Origin: a virus
Lineage: Duplodnaviria; Caudoviricetes
Length of the DNA: 35,617 bases
IMG/VR virus record: IMGVR_UViG_3300033076_000376
Span: 1 to 35,617 of that record
Direction: 5' to 3' (one strand)
The translations under genes were made by a program, and so were the position numbers. This document shows, piece after piece, positions 7,948 through 16,235 of this stretch. The stretch's first letter is position 1. Each line of letters begins with the position of its first letter. The notes below the pieces were generated by a model. It was not told the origin of the DNA. It ran no database searches and saw nothing but the letters and a program-made list of their open reading frames with translations.

Positions 7948-8882
7948 TTATTTGCCCCTTCACGGAATGCGTCTAGGTGAGCAGTTCGCAGTGAGATTGG
8001 TGCCAAACCGTGATTAGCTGGGTCAAACTCTGGGTTATTTCGAAGTAGGTTTCCAGTAATAGTAATGTTGGCGTTGGCAGAACGAGCTGCTTTAGCATTA
8101 ACTTGAACCTTATTATTGATTTGGTGCATCCAGTGCATTGCTTGGAAATCTGAAAGGCTTGTTCCTTCTGGAACTAGTTTTTGCTTTAAAGCTTTTTGGT
8201 GTGCATCGGCGTATGCATTCTGCATAAATGAGTAAACACCAGCTTTTGCTAAGTGGGTATTGCCTGTACCGTAAGGAATGTGGTAACTATTCATGGCAGC
8301 ATCATACGCATGAGTGTCAATTACTGCTGCAGGATGATGTCCAGCAGTTGCCAAAGCCATTGCAAAATCTGGAGTCTTGTTAGAACCATTCTTTTTAATT
8401 TTAAAAATGTCTAGTGGGTGGTCTACTTCGTCATCACGAACTTTAAGCGCTGCAGAAATGTTATCGCTAGTTTGAAGGCTTAGCGGTGTTCCTGGAAGTC
8501 CTGCACGTCTACGAAGGGCACTAGTTGCGCCCTTTATTTCGTCTGCAGAGCGACCTTCGCTACGCATTTCTTTACCAATTTCGGCTGACCTGTGAATTAG
8601 TTTTGTAGAACGGTCATCAATGTTAGGGAGCTGCAATCCCATCATTCGGTTCTTATTCCAGTCAGTGCTGGCAGATAGCTTTGCAATAGCTGAGCTAGCA
8701 CCTAAAGTGCCACCACCAAATTGGCTACTTAGGTATTCCGCATCTTGATTGCCTGACTTATACCATGCACCACCTTGAGATACTGATTCAGGGGTTAGCT
8801 GCTTAGTTCGATGAATAAGATTGTTGACAATCTGTTTGTGCGAAACATCGTTAAGCTCAAACTTTCCAGGTTCTAATGCCAT
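7944..8882 (-). CDS. HhH-GPD DNA glycosylase-like phage protein
   Basis: GGAWY, IAKLSASTDWNKN, KTPDF, AVIDTHA (cf. EndoIII VDTH), Y..MQNAY..A, FQAMHW; a motif series typical of a phage glycosylase-fold family. Confidence 0.6.
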   Translation of the reverse strand: MALEPGKFELNDVSHKQIVNNLIHRTKQLTPESVSQGGAWYKSGNQDAEYLSSQFGGGTLGASSAIAKLSASTDWNKNRMMGLQLPNIDDRSTKLIHRSAEIGKEMRSEGRSADEIKGATSALRRRAGLPGTPLSLQTSDNISAALKVRDDEVDHPLDIFKIKKNGSNKTPDFAMALATAGHHPAAVIDTHAYDAAMNSYHIPYGTGNTHLAKAGVYSFMQNAYADAHQKALKQKLVPEGTSLSDFQAMHWMHQINNKVQVNAKAARSANANITITGNLLRNNPEFDPANHGLAPISLRTAHLDAFREGANK

Positions 8883-8885
8883 TGA

Positions 8886-9419
8886 TTAACTCCATACTGG
8901 CTTAAGGTACGCCAAGGCGTTTGCACGTTGGACGTTCAATGTGGTTGGGGAATTGGCAACAGTATTAGTCTTGCCATCATTTACAAGGTGTGGAGCAGGA
9001 ATCAAAGTAATGTCTGGGGCACTCTTAGGAGTTACCCACACATTTACACCATTTACGTCTGTGTACTTGGCCTTCATTTGACGGCTAATACCCTGCTGGT
9101 CGTTGAAGCCCATAGACCAGTAATACGAGCTAGGCTCAATTCTTTCACCCTTGTGCACACCACGTTGGTATGCTTTCTGGTTAACACGATTCTTGATGCT
9201 ATCCAGTAGACGGTCATCTCTACGACTCCTAATGGTACCTAGGTAACCATCAGGGTACTCTGCGGACGGAACACGCCCAGTACCGATACGGATAGCATCA
9301 AGTTCGCCACGGGCAACAGGAGTACCTGCACCACCTTGGTTGTTATAGCCATAAAATCCGCCAGCGCCAAGCGACTGCCAGTTTTGACTAGGAGAGAAAT
9401 TCTGTGCGTTTCCAGCCAT
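8886..9419 (-). CDS. Hypothetical protein (possible virion protein)
   Basis: 177-aa ORF, Gly/Asn/Gln-rich N-terminus, core PSAEYPDGYLGTIRSRRDDRLL...YQRGVHKGERI. Confidence 0.8.
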   Translation of the reverse strand: MAGNAQNFSPSQNWQSLGAGGFYGYNNQGGAGTPVARGELDAIRIGTGRVPSAEYPDGYLGTIRSRRDDRLLDSIKNRVNQKAYQRGVHKGERIEPSSYYWSMGFNDQQGISRQMKAKYTDVNGVNVWVTPKSAPDITLIPAPHLVNDGKTNTVANSPTTLNVQRANALAYLKPVWS

Positions 9420-9946
9420 TAGTTTTGCCCATTGTACTTACGCCAGCTCCAGTTACGGACTGACTTATCTGGGTCTTCAATGTTGAACGACTGCTTCTCA
9501 TTACGAGTCTTCAGCAATTGACGAATAACATGCGGCGGAGTGTCTGAAGGATACAGGTCAGTGGCGTCCATTTGAACACCTTGGGCTCGACCCTTTTTAG
9601 TGCGGTCTTCAACCCATGAACCAAGGGCAACGTTCTTATTTCCACCAGAAGCATACTTGACATACTCTGCATGTGCGAGTACGTCATTTTGGGTTAGCTT
9701 AGGGTTATCTTTGCCTTGGTCGACATAATGTGTAGGAATTCGACCCTCTTGAACGGCACTTCTAGAACCACCAACGGCATGGAGTTTATCCGTACCAACC
9801 TCAGCCACTTTATAGGTGTAAGGGTTCATAGTTGCGCCACGCTGACCACGAGGACCGTTATTAGTTAGGTCAGCGAACTTTTGTGCACCTTCAAGGCGTG
9901 CTTGAACATCTGCGGCAAACTTTAGTCTACGAGCAATTCCAAACAT
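9419..9946 (-). CDS. Hypothetical protein
   Basis: 175-aa ORF; ALGSWVE...VQMDAT...NEKQSFNI resembles the LGxW..vxlD..QxAIFD pattern of uncharacterised phage domains. Confidence 0.75.
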   Translation of the reverse strand: MFGIARRLKFAADVQARLEGAQKFADLTNNGPRGQRGATMNPYTYKVAEVGTDKLHAVGGSRSAVQEGRIPTHYVDQGKDNPKLTQNDVLAHAEYVKYASGGNKNVALGSWVEDRTKKGRAQGVQMDATDLYPSDTPPHVIRQLLKTRNEKQSFNIEDPDKSVRNWSWRKYNGQN

Positions 9947-9951
9947 GATTC

Positions 9952-10230
9952 CTACTTACCTTGAGATGCTGGTGGAGTAACTTCAGGGTTTGATGCGTTG
10001 TAGTTGGTTACGCCACTATTAGTGTGAATGTCCAGTGGAGCATTCAGGTCTGTAGCAGTGTTTTGAGCGTAGTTTTGCTCTACAGTGCTACGGTTTCTAC
10101 CACCAATGACTCGACGGGCACCTTGGAAACGAGCATTCGCTGCAAAAGGTGAGCCTGAGTCAGAAGATGGTAACTGACGAGCAGCTCCCGCTTGCCTCTG
10201 CTGCTCGTCAGAAAGGAAGTCGCCACTCAT
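9952..10230 (-). CDS. Hypothetical low-complexity protein
   Basis: 92-aa ORF, TAATG coupling, probably disordered. Confidence 0.7.
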   Translation of the reverse strand: MSGDFLSDEQQRQAGAARQLPSSDSGSPFAANARFQGARRVIGGRNRSTVEQNYAQNTATDLNAPLDIHTNSGVTNYNASNPEVTPPASQGK

Positions 10231-10457
10231 TACATGTCCCCCAAAGGACGTGCAGCCTCAGTATTAATCTGAGAACCACGAGTGACGGCAGAACCTCGGT
10301 TAATTCCAGTTGCACGCCAGCCAATACCGTGCTCACCACGTTCTGACGAAGAGATTAGTCCCTTAGCGTGAACGTCGGTGTGCTTGAATGCAGCGTGAGA
10401 CAATGATGAGACATGCTCACCAGCTGTCTGCTGCTTTACATAGGTATTGCCTTCCAT
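10230..10457 (-). CDS. Hypothetical protein
   Basis: ORF track 10230..10517; start moved to MEGNTYV (ATG 10457) after a TAAGGAG RBS. Confidence 0.7.
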   Translation of the reverse strand: MEGNTYVKQQTAGEHVSSLSHAAFKHTDVHAKGLISSSERGEHGIGWRATGINRGSAVTRGSQINTEAARPLGDM

Positions 10458-10467
10458 GGCGGGCTCC

Positions 10468-10893
10468 TTAGTAAGAAGCTGCTTCGCCAGCTTGGAAGTT
10501 GGCGTTACTACCTGCAACTGAAGGAACTAGACGAGCGCTAGCCATGGTTGGGCCTGCTGCTGGGTCAATAGTTGGGGTGTATGGGACGGTGATGCGGTAC
10601 TGTGCACCAACACGCTCGATGTTGGCACGGTTAGCCTTACCACCTGCGGTTGGGTCACCAGCCTGTGCATTCTTCTTAGGAACTAGGGTTCCCTGAAGTG
10701 CTGGTGTTGGGGTAGCTGCGTAGGCGCTCATACCCATAGCAACACGAGGGCTGCCAGCTGCTGATGCTGCTTCGAATGCTTCGTTAGAAGTTGCGTGGTT
10801 ACGATTCTTCATGTTTCCTACTGCCTCTACTGTGTTTGAAGGGGCACCTGTACGACGACGCATAGCGTGACCCTGACTTGCCCATGCTGCCAT
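10468..10893 (-). CDS. Ala/Pro/Gly-rich hypothetical protein, first gene of the unknown block
   Basis: 141 aa; strong AAAGGAG RBS and an upstream TACTCT -10-like hexamer. Confidence 0.8.
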   Translation of the reverse strand: MAAWASQGHAMRRRTGAPSNTVEAVGNMKNRNHATSNEAFEAASAAGSPRVAMGMSAYAATPTPALQGTLVPKKNAQAGDPTAGGKANRANIERVGAQYRITVPYTPTIDPAAGPTMASARLVPSVAGSNANFQAGEAASY

Positions 10894-10929
10894 GAGAACT
10901 CCTTTTGTTTCTATAAGAGTAAAGCTTTT

Positions 10930-11223
10930 TTAGCTTGCTGAAATGGCAAACACAATTGCAGAAATCTCGCCATCACGAGACTCGATTGTGGTAAAACCAG
11001 GTACGCAAACTAGGTCCAGTCCACGAGGGGCGACATACCCACGAGAAATGGCGATAGACTTAACGGCTTGGTTTACAGCTCCAGCACCAACAGCACGCAG
11101 CTTTACCTGCTTGTTGTCGTAGATTGCGTGAGCGATTGCCGATGCTACTGATTGTGGGTTCGACCCTGCGGATACACGCAGGAACGGCTCTTCTGTCGAA
11201 GGTACGATTGTTTCGTCGGTCAT
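10930..11223 (-). CDS. spoVS: Stage V sporulation protein S (SpoVS) family protein
   Basis: LRVSAGSNPQSVASAIA...LRAVGAGAVNQAVKSIAISRGYVAPRGLDLVCVPGF...ISAIVF, near the SpoVS consensus. Confidence 0.93.
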   Translation of the reverse strand: MTDETIVPSTEEPFLRVSAGSNPQSVASAIAHAIYDNKQVKLRAVGAGAVNQAVKSIAISRGYVAPRGLDLVCVPGFTTIESRDGEISAIVFAISAS

Positions 11224-11230
11224 TTGTAGT

Positions 11231-11272
11231 CCTTAAATACGATTTTGTGTGCCGACCTCGTATTCAAGGGTA
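11231..11272 (-). promoter_or_regulatory. RBS-sequestering hairpin overlapping a -10 box upstream of spoVS
   Basis: mRNA CCUUGAAUACGA pairs with UCGUAUUUAAGG (12 bp, one G-U), covering the AAGG SD; TACCCT at 11272-11267. Confidence 0.5.
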
Positions 11273-11278
11273 CAGACT

Positions 11279-11893
11279 CTAACTGATAAAGTCTCTGTAT
11301 TTCTGGTCTTTTATTTGTTCCACTACAGCCGCCTCGACTGCATCAATGTGGCTACCAGTAGCTAGACGACCCAAAGCATAGGAGTCTGCTGCGTTGTCAT
11401 CGTTAAACTCGATACCCCAACGCTTGTAAATTTGCATAAGCATTTCTTGCTTTTTGGCGTTACCCTTACCTGCAGCGTACTTTTTCAGGGTCATCGGAGG
11501 TATTTGCAAGGGAGTTCGAAGATGCTGAGGAGGAGCAGGGTTGTAATTCATGATGTCCCAAAAATGGTCGTACAGGAATAGTTTTACGGCTGCAGCTAGT
11601 TCACCCAGTACTAGAGCGGATTGGCTAGCTAGCACTGTACCCTCCATAGCCACCTCCACTACAGAGTTTCCGTTCTCTTTTAAATGTTCAAATTTAGAAA
11701 ACATCCAATTTTGAATGTCCGATAGTCGCTGTACTCCACGATAAGGAGATTTAAATACCCATGTTTCATAGTGGCTAGGGTTAGCTACACTTACCGCAGA
11801 CATAGCAAAGCCAGTCAACGACTGGTCAATACCAATAGCGACTGGTGTTCCTATGGGCAATCCTCCATCAAATGTTTTTTCAGCCAATGACAT
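11279..11893 (-). CDS. ruvC: RuvC-like Holliday junction resolvase
   Basis: IGIDQSLTGFA, VAMEG, PMTLKKYAAGKGNAKK, DDNAADSYAL. Confidence 0.88.
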   Translation of the reverse strand: MSLAEKTFDGGLPIGTPVAIGIDQSLTGFAMSAVSVANPSHYETWVFKSPYRGVQRLSDIQNWMFSKFEHLKENGNSVVEVAMEGTVLASQSALVLGELAAAVKLFLYDHFWDIMNYNPAPPQHLRTPLQIPPMTLKKYAAGKGNAKKQEMLMQIYKRWGIEFNDDNAADSYALGRLATGSHIDAVEAAVVEQIKDQKYRDFIS

Positions 11894-12428
11894 TTCCAAT
11901 CAAAGCATCTATTGCGTCATGCAGATGTGTGACTTGATGGGCATTATTTAGGTACAAATTAAACTTAAAGTCATCTAGGTCATGCTCAGAAATGTGGTCA
12001 TTAGCAGCCTCAAAACCTGGACGAGAAATACGCCAGTTAAAACCGTTAGCTTCTTTAATTGCGTTTGCCTCATTCTGGAAACGGCAATCAGCAAAGACTA
12101 CTCGCTCATGCTGAGCAGCTTGTTTCATTGCTAGGTCTACCCAGAAGTTTTCGCCAAACATTTCACGACCAACTTCAGTACCAAGGCGCTGCATTAGTGG
12201 GCGAATGTCTGGGCTAACTGCCTTCAGCTCCTCCCAACCCATTGAATCAACAACTGTAGCCAAAGGCACAGCATGCATTTGAGCTACTTGAATCCGTGGA
12301 TTAAGACGGTATAACGCTTCCCGCATTGGGCTAGCAAAAGACATTTTTACAAACCCATACTTGTCAACTAGGTAGTCAGCAACAGTATCTTTGCCAGCAC
12401 GAGCCCAACCACTAAGTCCTAAAATCAT
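11880..12428 (-). CDS. Deoxynucleoside monophosphate kinase
   Basis: GLSGWARAGKDTVA, SFASPMR, RPLMQRLGTEVGR, FWV, DCRFQNEA, HISE (T4 gp1/T5 dNK family). Confidence 0.9.
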   Translation of the reverse strand: MILGLSGWARAGKDTVADYLVDKYGFVKMSFASPMREALYRLNPRIQVAQMHAVPLATVVDSMGWEELKAVSPDIRPLMQRLGTEVGREMFGENFWVDLAMKQAAQHERVVFADCRFQNEANAIKEANGFNWRISRPGFEAANDHISEHDLDDFKFNLYLNNAHQVTHLHDAIDALIGNVIG

Positions 12429-12877
12429 TACACACCAAATCCCTTACGTGACTGCTCACCACGGCGAGTAATCTCACGGCTTACCAGTGAACGGTCACGC
12501 TCATAGTTGTCGTACAGTACCTTTACCAATTTACGATAAGTGTATGCTTCCTCATACGCATCTTCGGCATCTAGCACATCAGGGTGTACAGAAATCTTTG
12601 ACTTAATAGCTGTAATTCGCTCACCCTTTGCTTGGGGGTATTGCTCCAAAAGCTCTGCCTCAATAATTGTTTTCTTACGAAGAAGCTGGCGCTCTTTGTC
12701 TTCGGCAATAGCCAGCTGAGTCTCAATGTAGTTAGACCACGCTGTCAATTTGCTCATCAAAGAACCCAGGTACTCACTAGAGACCTCAGAGATGTCTTCT
12801 GGAAGAGTTACGTGACCACCCTCAGGCTTAGTAAAAATAAGCCCCCAGTTGTCTTCGAACTTTTGAACTGCGCTCAT
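12428..12877 (-). CDS. Helical coiled-coil protein, possibly a UvsY-like recombination mediator
   Basis: Two long helices flanking ITAIKSKISVHPDV; located in the RecA/nuclease module. The function call is tentative. Confidence 0.5.
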   Translation of the reverse strand: MSAVQKFEDNWGLIFTKPEGGHVTLPEDISEVSSEYLGSLMSKLTAWSNYIETQLAIAEDKERQLLRKKTIIEAELLEQYPQAKGERITAIKSKISVHPDVLDAEDAYEEAYTYRKLVKVLYDNYERDRSLVSREITRRGEQSRKGFGV

Positions 12878-13737
12878 TACTCCTCCTCAGAGTATGGGGC
12901 ACACTGCTTACAGGTGCCTCCAAGGTTGTTGTTGCATCGAGGTGCTTTACCAGCCTCTACAGCTGCTACTACCTTTTCTGCGCCGTCAAATACGTGTCGA
13001 ACCAGTTCAAAATCACGCTTGACCTTGAACTCCTTGAATGATTGGTCAGCCTTCAACTCGTAAAGGAATACAATCTCATCCACTTCTTCGTGACCCATAC
13101 GCTTCATAAGTTCTAGGTATACCTGACCTTGAAGAATGTGCGGTCCAAATGGGCGACGAACGTTGTTCCAAGCTTTCATGAAATCACCATCAGCGGCTTG
13201 CATCAAGTCAGGTGCTTCAGCACGGATAGTGCCTGGACCAATTGATTTAATCTCAATCAGGGCAGGTCCCTGCTCGTCAATAATCCAACCATCGGTGTGG
13301 CCCTTAATTCGTAGAGCGTCATCGTGCAGGGTTACTTCATCGTAAACCAGCTTGTGTTTGCCAGCCCCACAGTGCTCACACTCAGCAGGGGAAGTACCCC
13401 AAGTAGTTTTATCGCAAACATTGCACTTAAACTTACCGTGCAGAATACCCATGTCCTGGAACCAGAACTGCCATTTAGCGTGGATAGCATGTCCAGTATC
13501 AAAGATGCTCTGAAGTCGTAGCGGTGGCTTCTCGGCAATCTTGGTGTGACCGCTGAGAAGGAAATACGAAGCACGCTTGCACCAGTCACGCTTAATGATT
13601 TCCGATGGATGCAACACTAGAGTGCTACGGTCACCTACGGGACGCTGAAGCAAATACCGCTCCAAGTCACCAATTAAACGTGTTGGCTTTGCTTTCGCAT
13701 CAAGAAACTTTTTTAGTTCCGTCTTTTGAACCGCCAT
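12877..13737 (-). CDS. Cas4-like PD-(D/E)XK exonuclease
   Basis: HPSEI...WC, GHAIH, GHTDG, LIEIKS, QGQVY, C-terminal C..CKQC Fe-S staple, plus an inserted CNVC/CEHC zinc ribbon. Confidence 0.85.
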   Translation of the reverse strand: MAVQKTELKKFLDAKAKPTRLIGDLERYLLQRPVGDRSTLVLHPSEIIKRDWCKRASYFLLSGHTKIAEKPPLRLQSIFDTGHAIHAKWQFWFQDMGILHGKFKCNVCDKTTWGTSPAECEHCGAGKHKLVYDEVTLHDDALRIKGHTDGWIIDEQGPALIEIKSIGPGTIRAEAPDLMQAADGDFMKAWNNVRRPFGPHILQGQVYLELMKRMGHEEVDEIVFLYELKADQSFKEFKVKRDFELVRHVFDGAEKVVAAVEAGKAPRCNNNLGGTCKQCAPYSEEE

Positions 13738-14071
13738 TGTAGCCCTCTTTCTTATCTAACTGGAAGATGTACTCCTGAAGAGTCATCTTATCCTTAAATT
13801 GCTTAGACCATTTACGAACGAGTGCATTTCGTTCACGATGGCTGAGCCCGCCCCAGATGCCGTGCTGCTCATCTTTTGACACGGCATCCCATAAGCACTC
13901 CGCCCTAACTGGGCAAGGGTTCTTACCATTGGCACCGAGACAGTAAGACTTTGCTTCTGCAGCAATAACACTGTATCTTTCCTTATCCCTAGGTGGAAAA
14001 AAGATGTCTGGGTCTTTAACCCTAATACATCTTCCTTGGTCTAACCAAGCTCTTTCGTCAAATAATGCCAT
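13700..14071 (-). CDS. whiB: WhiB-family transcription factor
   Basis: W...GRC...DPDIFFP, AKSYC...CPVRAECL, HGIWGGLSHRER. Confidence 0.95.
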   Translation of the reverse strand: MALFDERAWLDQGRCIRVKDPDIFFPPRDKERYSVIAAEAKSYCLGANGKNPCPVRAECLWDAVSKDEQHGIWGGLSHRERNALVRKWSKQFKDKMTLQEYIFQLDKKEGYNGGSKDGTKKVS

Positions 14072-14378
14072 TTTGTTTATTCCACATTTCTAGGAAATCT
14101 GTCTCTAAAAGAATGACGTAGTCTTCACCATCTAGGTGAATACCAAAAACTGGCAATCTGCCATCCATGATGGCTTCATTGGTAATCTTTACCAGTTCAG
14201 CAGCTTGAATGGTTTTTGATTTTTTGCCTGTCCATTTATGCTCGACCAAGAGCCCTTCGGAGCGTACGTCCCCTTTTCTGGACCAGAACGCTCCTGAGGC
14301 TGCGGTTGTTTGGCCTCCGATGGCTTTTGCGATTCGCTTTTCATGCTTCTGGCTCTGTTTCTGACCTTCACTCTTCAA
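14058..14378 (-). CDS. Hjc-like PD-(D/E)XK endonuclease / Holliday junction resolvase
   Basis: HEKRIAK..GG....SGA....KGDV....LVEHKWT; probable TTG start at 14378 (ORF track starts 14411). Confidence 0.75.
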   Translation of the reverse strand: MKSEGQKQSQKHEKRIAKAIGGQTTAASGAFWSRKGDVRSEGLLVEHKWTGKKSKTIQAAELVKITNEAIMDGRLPVFGIHLDGEDYVILLETDFLEMWNKQNGII

Positions 14379-14613
14379 GGTAAGTGATTTTCCCTTCCTT
14401 GTATCCCTCAATAATTCGAGGTACTAGGAAGAACATTTGCTCACGGTTGTAGCAAGTAGTGCATCCACAAAACGGTTCGCCAGATAGAGTAGCAAAATCG
14501 TCAGACTCTTCCCCATCAATGGAGGCTTCACAATCCCACAAGTACTCTTCGTACTCGTTTTCTAAAGTTTTCGCCCAATCCTGGTCTTCAATGACAAACT
14601 GCTGCTTACTCAT
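14368..14613 (-). CDS. Acidic hypothetical protein with CGCxxC motif
   Basis: PFCGCTTCYNRE; start MSKQQF overlaps the recA stop. Confidence 0.75.
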   Translation of the reverse strand: MSKQQFVIEDQDWAKTLENEYEEYLWDCEASIDGEESDDFATLSGEPFCGCTTCYNREQMFFLVPRIIEGYKEGKITYLEE

Positions 14614-15652
14614 CGATTGCTCCTCCAATGTTGTCTGGGGTTGTTAGAACTTTTTCTCGCAACTCTTCGAACAAGTCTACCTCTTCTCGGATAGAGTTTG
14701 CAAACGACTCGACACCCTGCCACTTACGCTCACCGTAGTAAATCCAACCACCCTTACGGTCAACAATAGCCTTAATAATAGACATTGCTGCTACTTCCTT
14801 AGCAGTGTCGTAATCTCCAGCGTTGTAGATGCTGTGCTCTTTAAAGTAGTAATCGATGTACGCCACCTGTTGTGGTGGAGCAGTCTTGTTCTTTAGGACA
14901 CGAATCTTAATGCGCTGACCTACACGGACCTTGTTAGTTCCCGAACCAGACTCAATCCACTCATCACGCTTAACTTCAGCACGAGTAAAGAAAGCATAGT
15001 TCTTACCCTCTCCACCAGGAGTGGTGCGTGGGTCACCATGCATTACACCAATCTTCATACGGTACTGGTTAATTACAATACCTAGGATTGGACGCTCAGA
15101 TTCAGTTAGGCTACGCTTCATTGCAGCTCCAGCCTTACGGAAGAACTTATTAGTCAAGAGAGCTCCACGACCAACAGTCATCTCATCCATGTTCTTTTCG
15201 TTCTCAGGCCCTGGAACTAGTGCAGGTAGAGAGTCGATAACGATTGCGTCTACAGACTTAGACTCGGCAAAGGCGATTACGGCATCGTATGCCTCTTCCA
15301 TGATGTTGGTCTCAATGACGATTACACGACTAGCATCCACACCACACATCTCAGCATACTCTGGCACCCACTGCTCAGCAGCTACCCAGACTGTTGTGTA
15401 GTCTGGGTCGATTGCTTGGTTTGCTGCGATGGTTTTAAGGGCGATAGCGGTTTTGCCGTGAGAAGGCTCACCAATGAGTTCGTTCCACTGGTTTGACGGG
15501 AAACCGCCCCCCAAGACATAATCGAAAGTAGTTGAGCCTGTTGTGACTCGCTTGATAAGGTCTGCACGGATGTCCCCTCCGATTACTACGACATTGTCAC
15601 CAAAGCGCTTATTAATCTGCGCCATGATTTTCTGTGCTTCAGGATTAATCAT
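14606..15652 (-). CDS. recA: RecA recombinase
   Basis: TTGS..FD..LGGG, GEPSHGKT, IVIDSLPAL, INQYRMKIGVMHGDPRTTPGG, KNKTAPP. Confidence 0.96.
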   Translation of the reverse strand: MINPEAQKIMAQINKRFGDNVVVIGGDIRADLIKRVTTGSTTFDYVLGGGFPSNQWNELIGEPSHGKTAIALKTIAANQAIDPDYTTVWVAAEQWVPEYAEMCGVDASRVIVIETNIMEEAYDAVIAFAESKSVDAIVIDSLPALVPGPENEKNMDEMTVGRGALLTNKFFRKAGAAMKRSLTESERPILGIVINQYRMKIGVMHGDPRTTPGGEGKNYAFFTRAEVKRDEWIESGSGTNKVRVGQRIKIRVLKNKTAPPQQVAYIDYYFKEHSIYNAGDYDTAKEVAAMSIIKAIVDRKGGWIYYGERKWQGVESFANSIREEVDLFEELREKVLTTPDNIGGAIDE

Positions 15653-16079
15653 TGAATTCTTCTTCCATCTTTAAAATGCGGCACTTTGAAATAGGTACTT
15701 CAATGAACTGCTCGTTTTGGGTATAAATTGTGGACTTAGTAATCACTGGAGAACTAGCTACAGTAATTCCGTCTACCACTAATGCGTGGGTGCGTTCATG
15801 ATTCAACATTACAAACGCTGAGGTTGGTTTTGCAAACTTGATTTTACGAGCGGAGAAGTGCACTCCTGGAAAAGTAAACTTAGCACCCTTCCAATTATGC
15901 TTCACCTCTACCTCGTATTGGCGTTCGTCACCATAGGGGTCTACCGCCAAAACATCAATTCCGTATTGGTCTGGATTTACCCATGCTTTATAGCTGCTCT
16001 TCACTAACCAATCAATTACTTGGTCTTTAGCATCGTCATTGCTGTCGTAAAGAGAACGGCTAAATGGTTTACCAGCCAT
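15645..16079 (-). CDS. Small restriction-endonuclease-fold (PD-(D/E)XK) protein
   Basis: YGIDVLA...YEVEVKHNW pattern. Confidence 0.6.
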   Translation of the reverse strand: MAGKPFSRSLYDSNDDAKDQVIDWLVKSSYKAWVNPDQYGIDVLAVDPYGDERQYEVEVKHNWKGAKFTFPGVHFSARKIKFAKPTSAFVMLNHERTHALVVDGITVASSPVITKSTIYTQNEQFIEVPISKCRILKMEEEFND

Positions 16080-16233
16080 TCTTGATAGCTTTCTTGAGTT
16101 TCTTCACTTGCTTTTCAAGCTTACGGATTCGCTTATACTGGTCAAGCTCTTCAGTAGACCGCATTTCTTCTTGCAAAGCCTTTACGTACTGCTCACGCTC
16201 AATCTTGGCTAGCTTCTTCTTAGTAATAAACAT
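16069..16233 (-). CDS. 54-aa basic coiled-coil protein
   Basis: Not in the ORF track. MFITKKKLAKIEREQYVKALQEEMRSTEELDQYKRIRKLEKQVKKLKKAIKNGW; fills the gap between neighbours. Confidence 0.7.
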   Translation of the reverse strand: MFITKKKLAKIEREQYVKALQEEMRSTEELDQYKRIRKLEKQVKKLKKAIKNGW

Positions 16234-16235
16234 AA

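Noticed and set aside
12877-13737. CRISPR-Cas locus
   Set aside because: Solo Cas4-like nuclease with no cas1/cas2 and no repeat-spacer array anywhere in the window.
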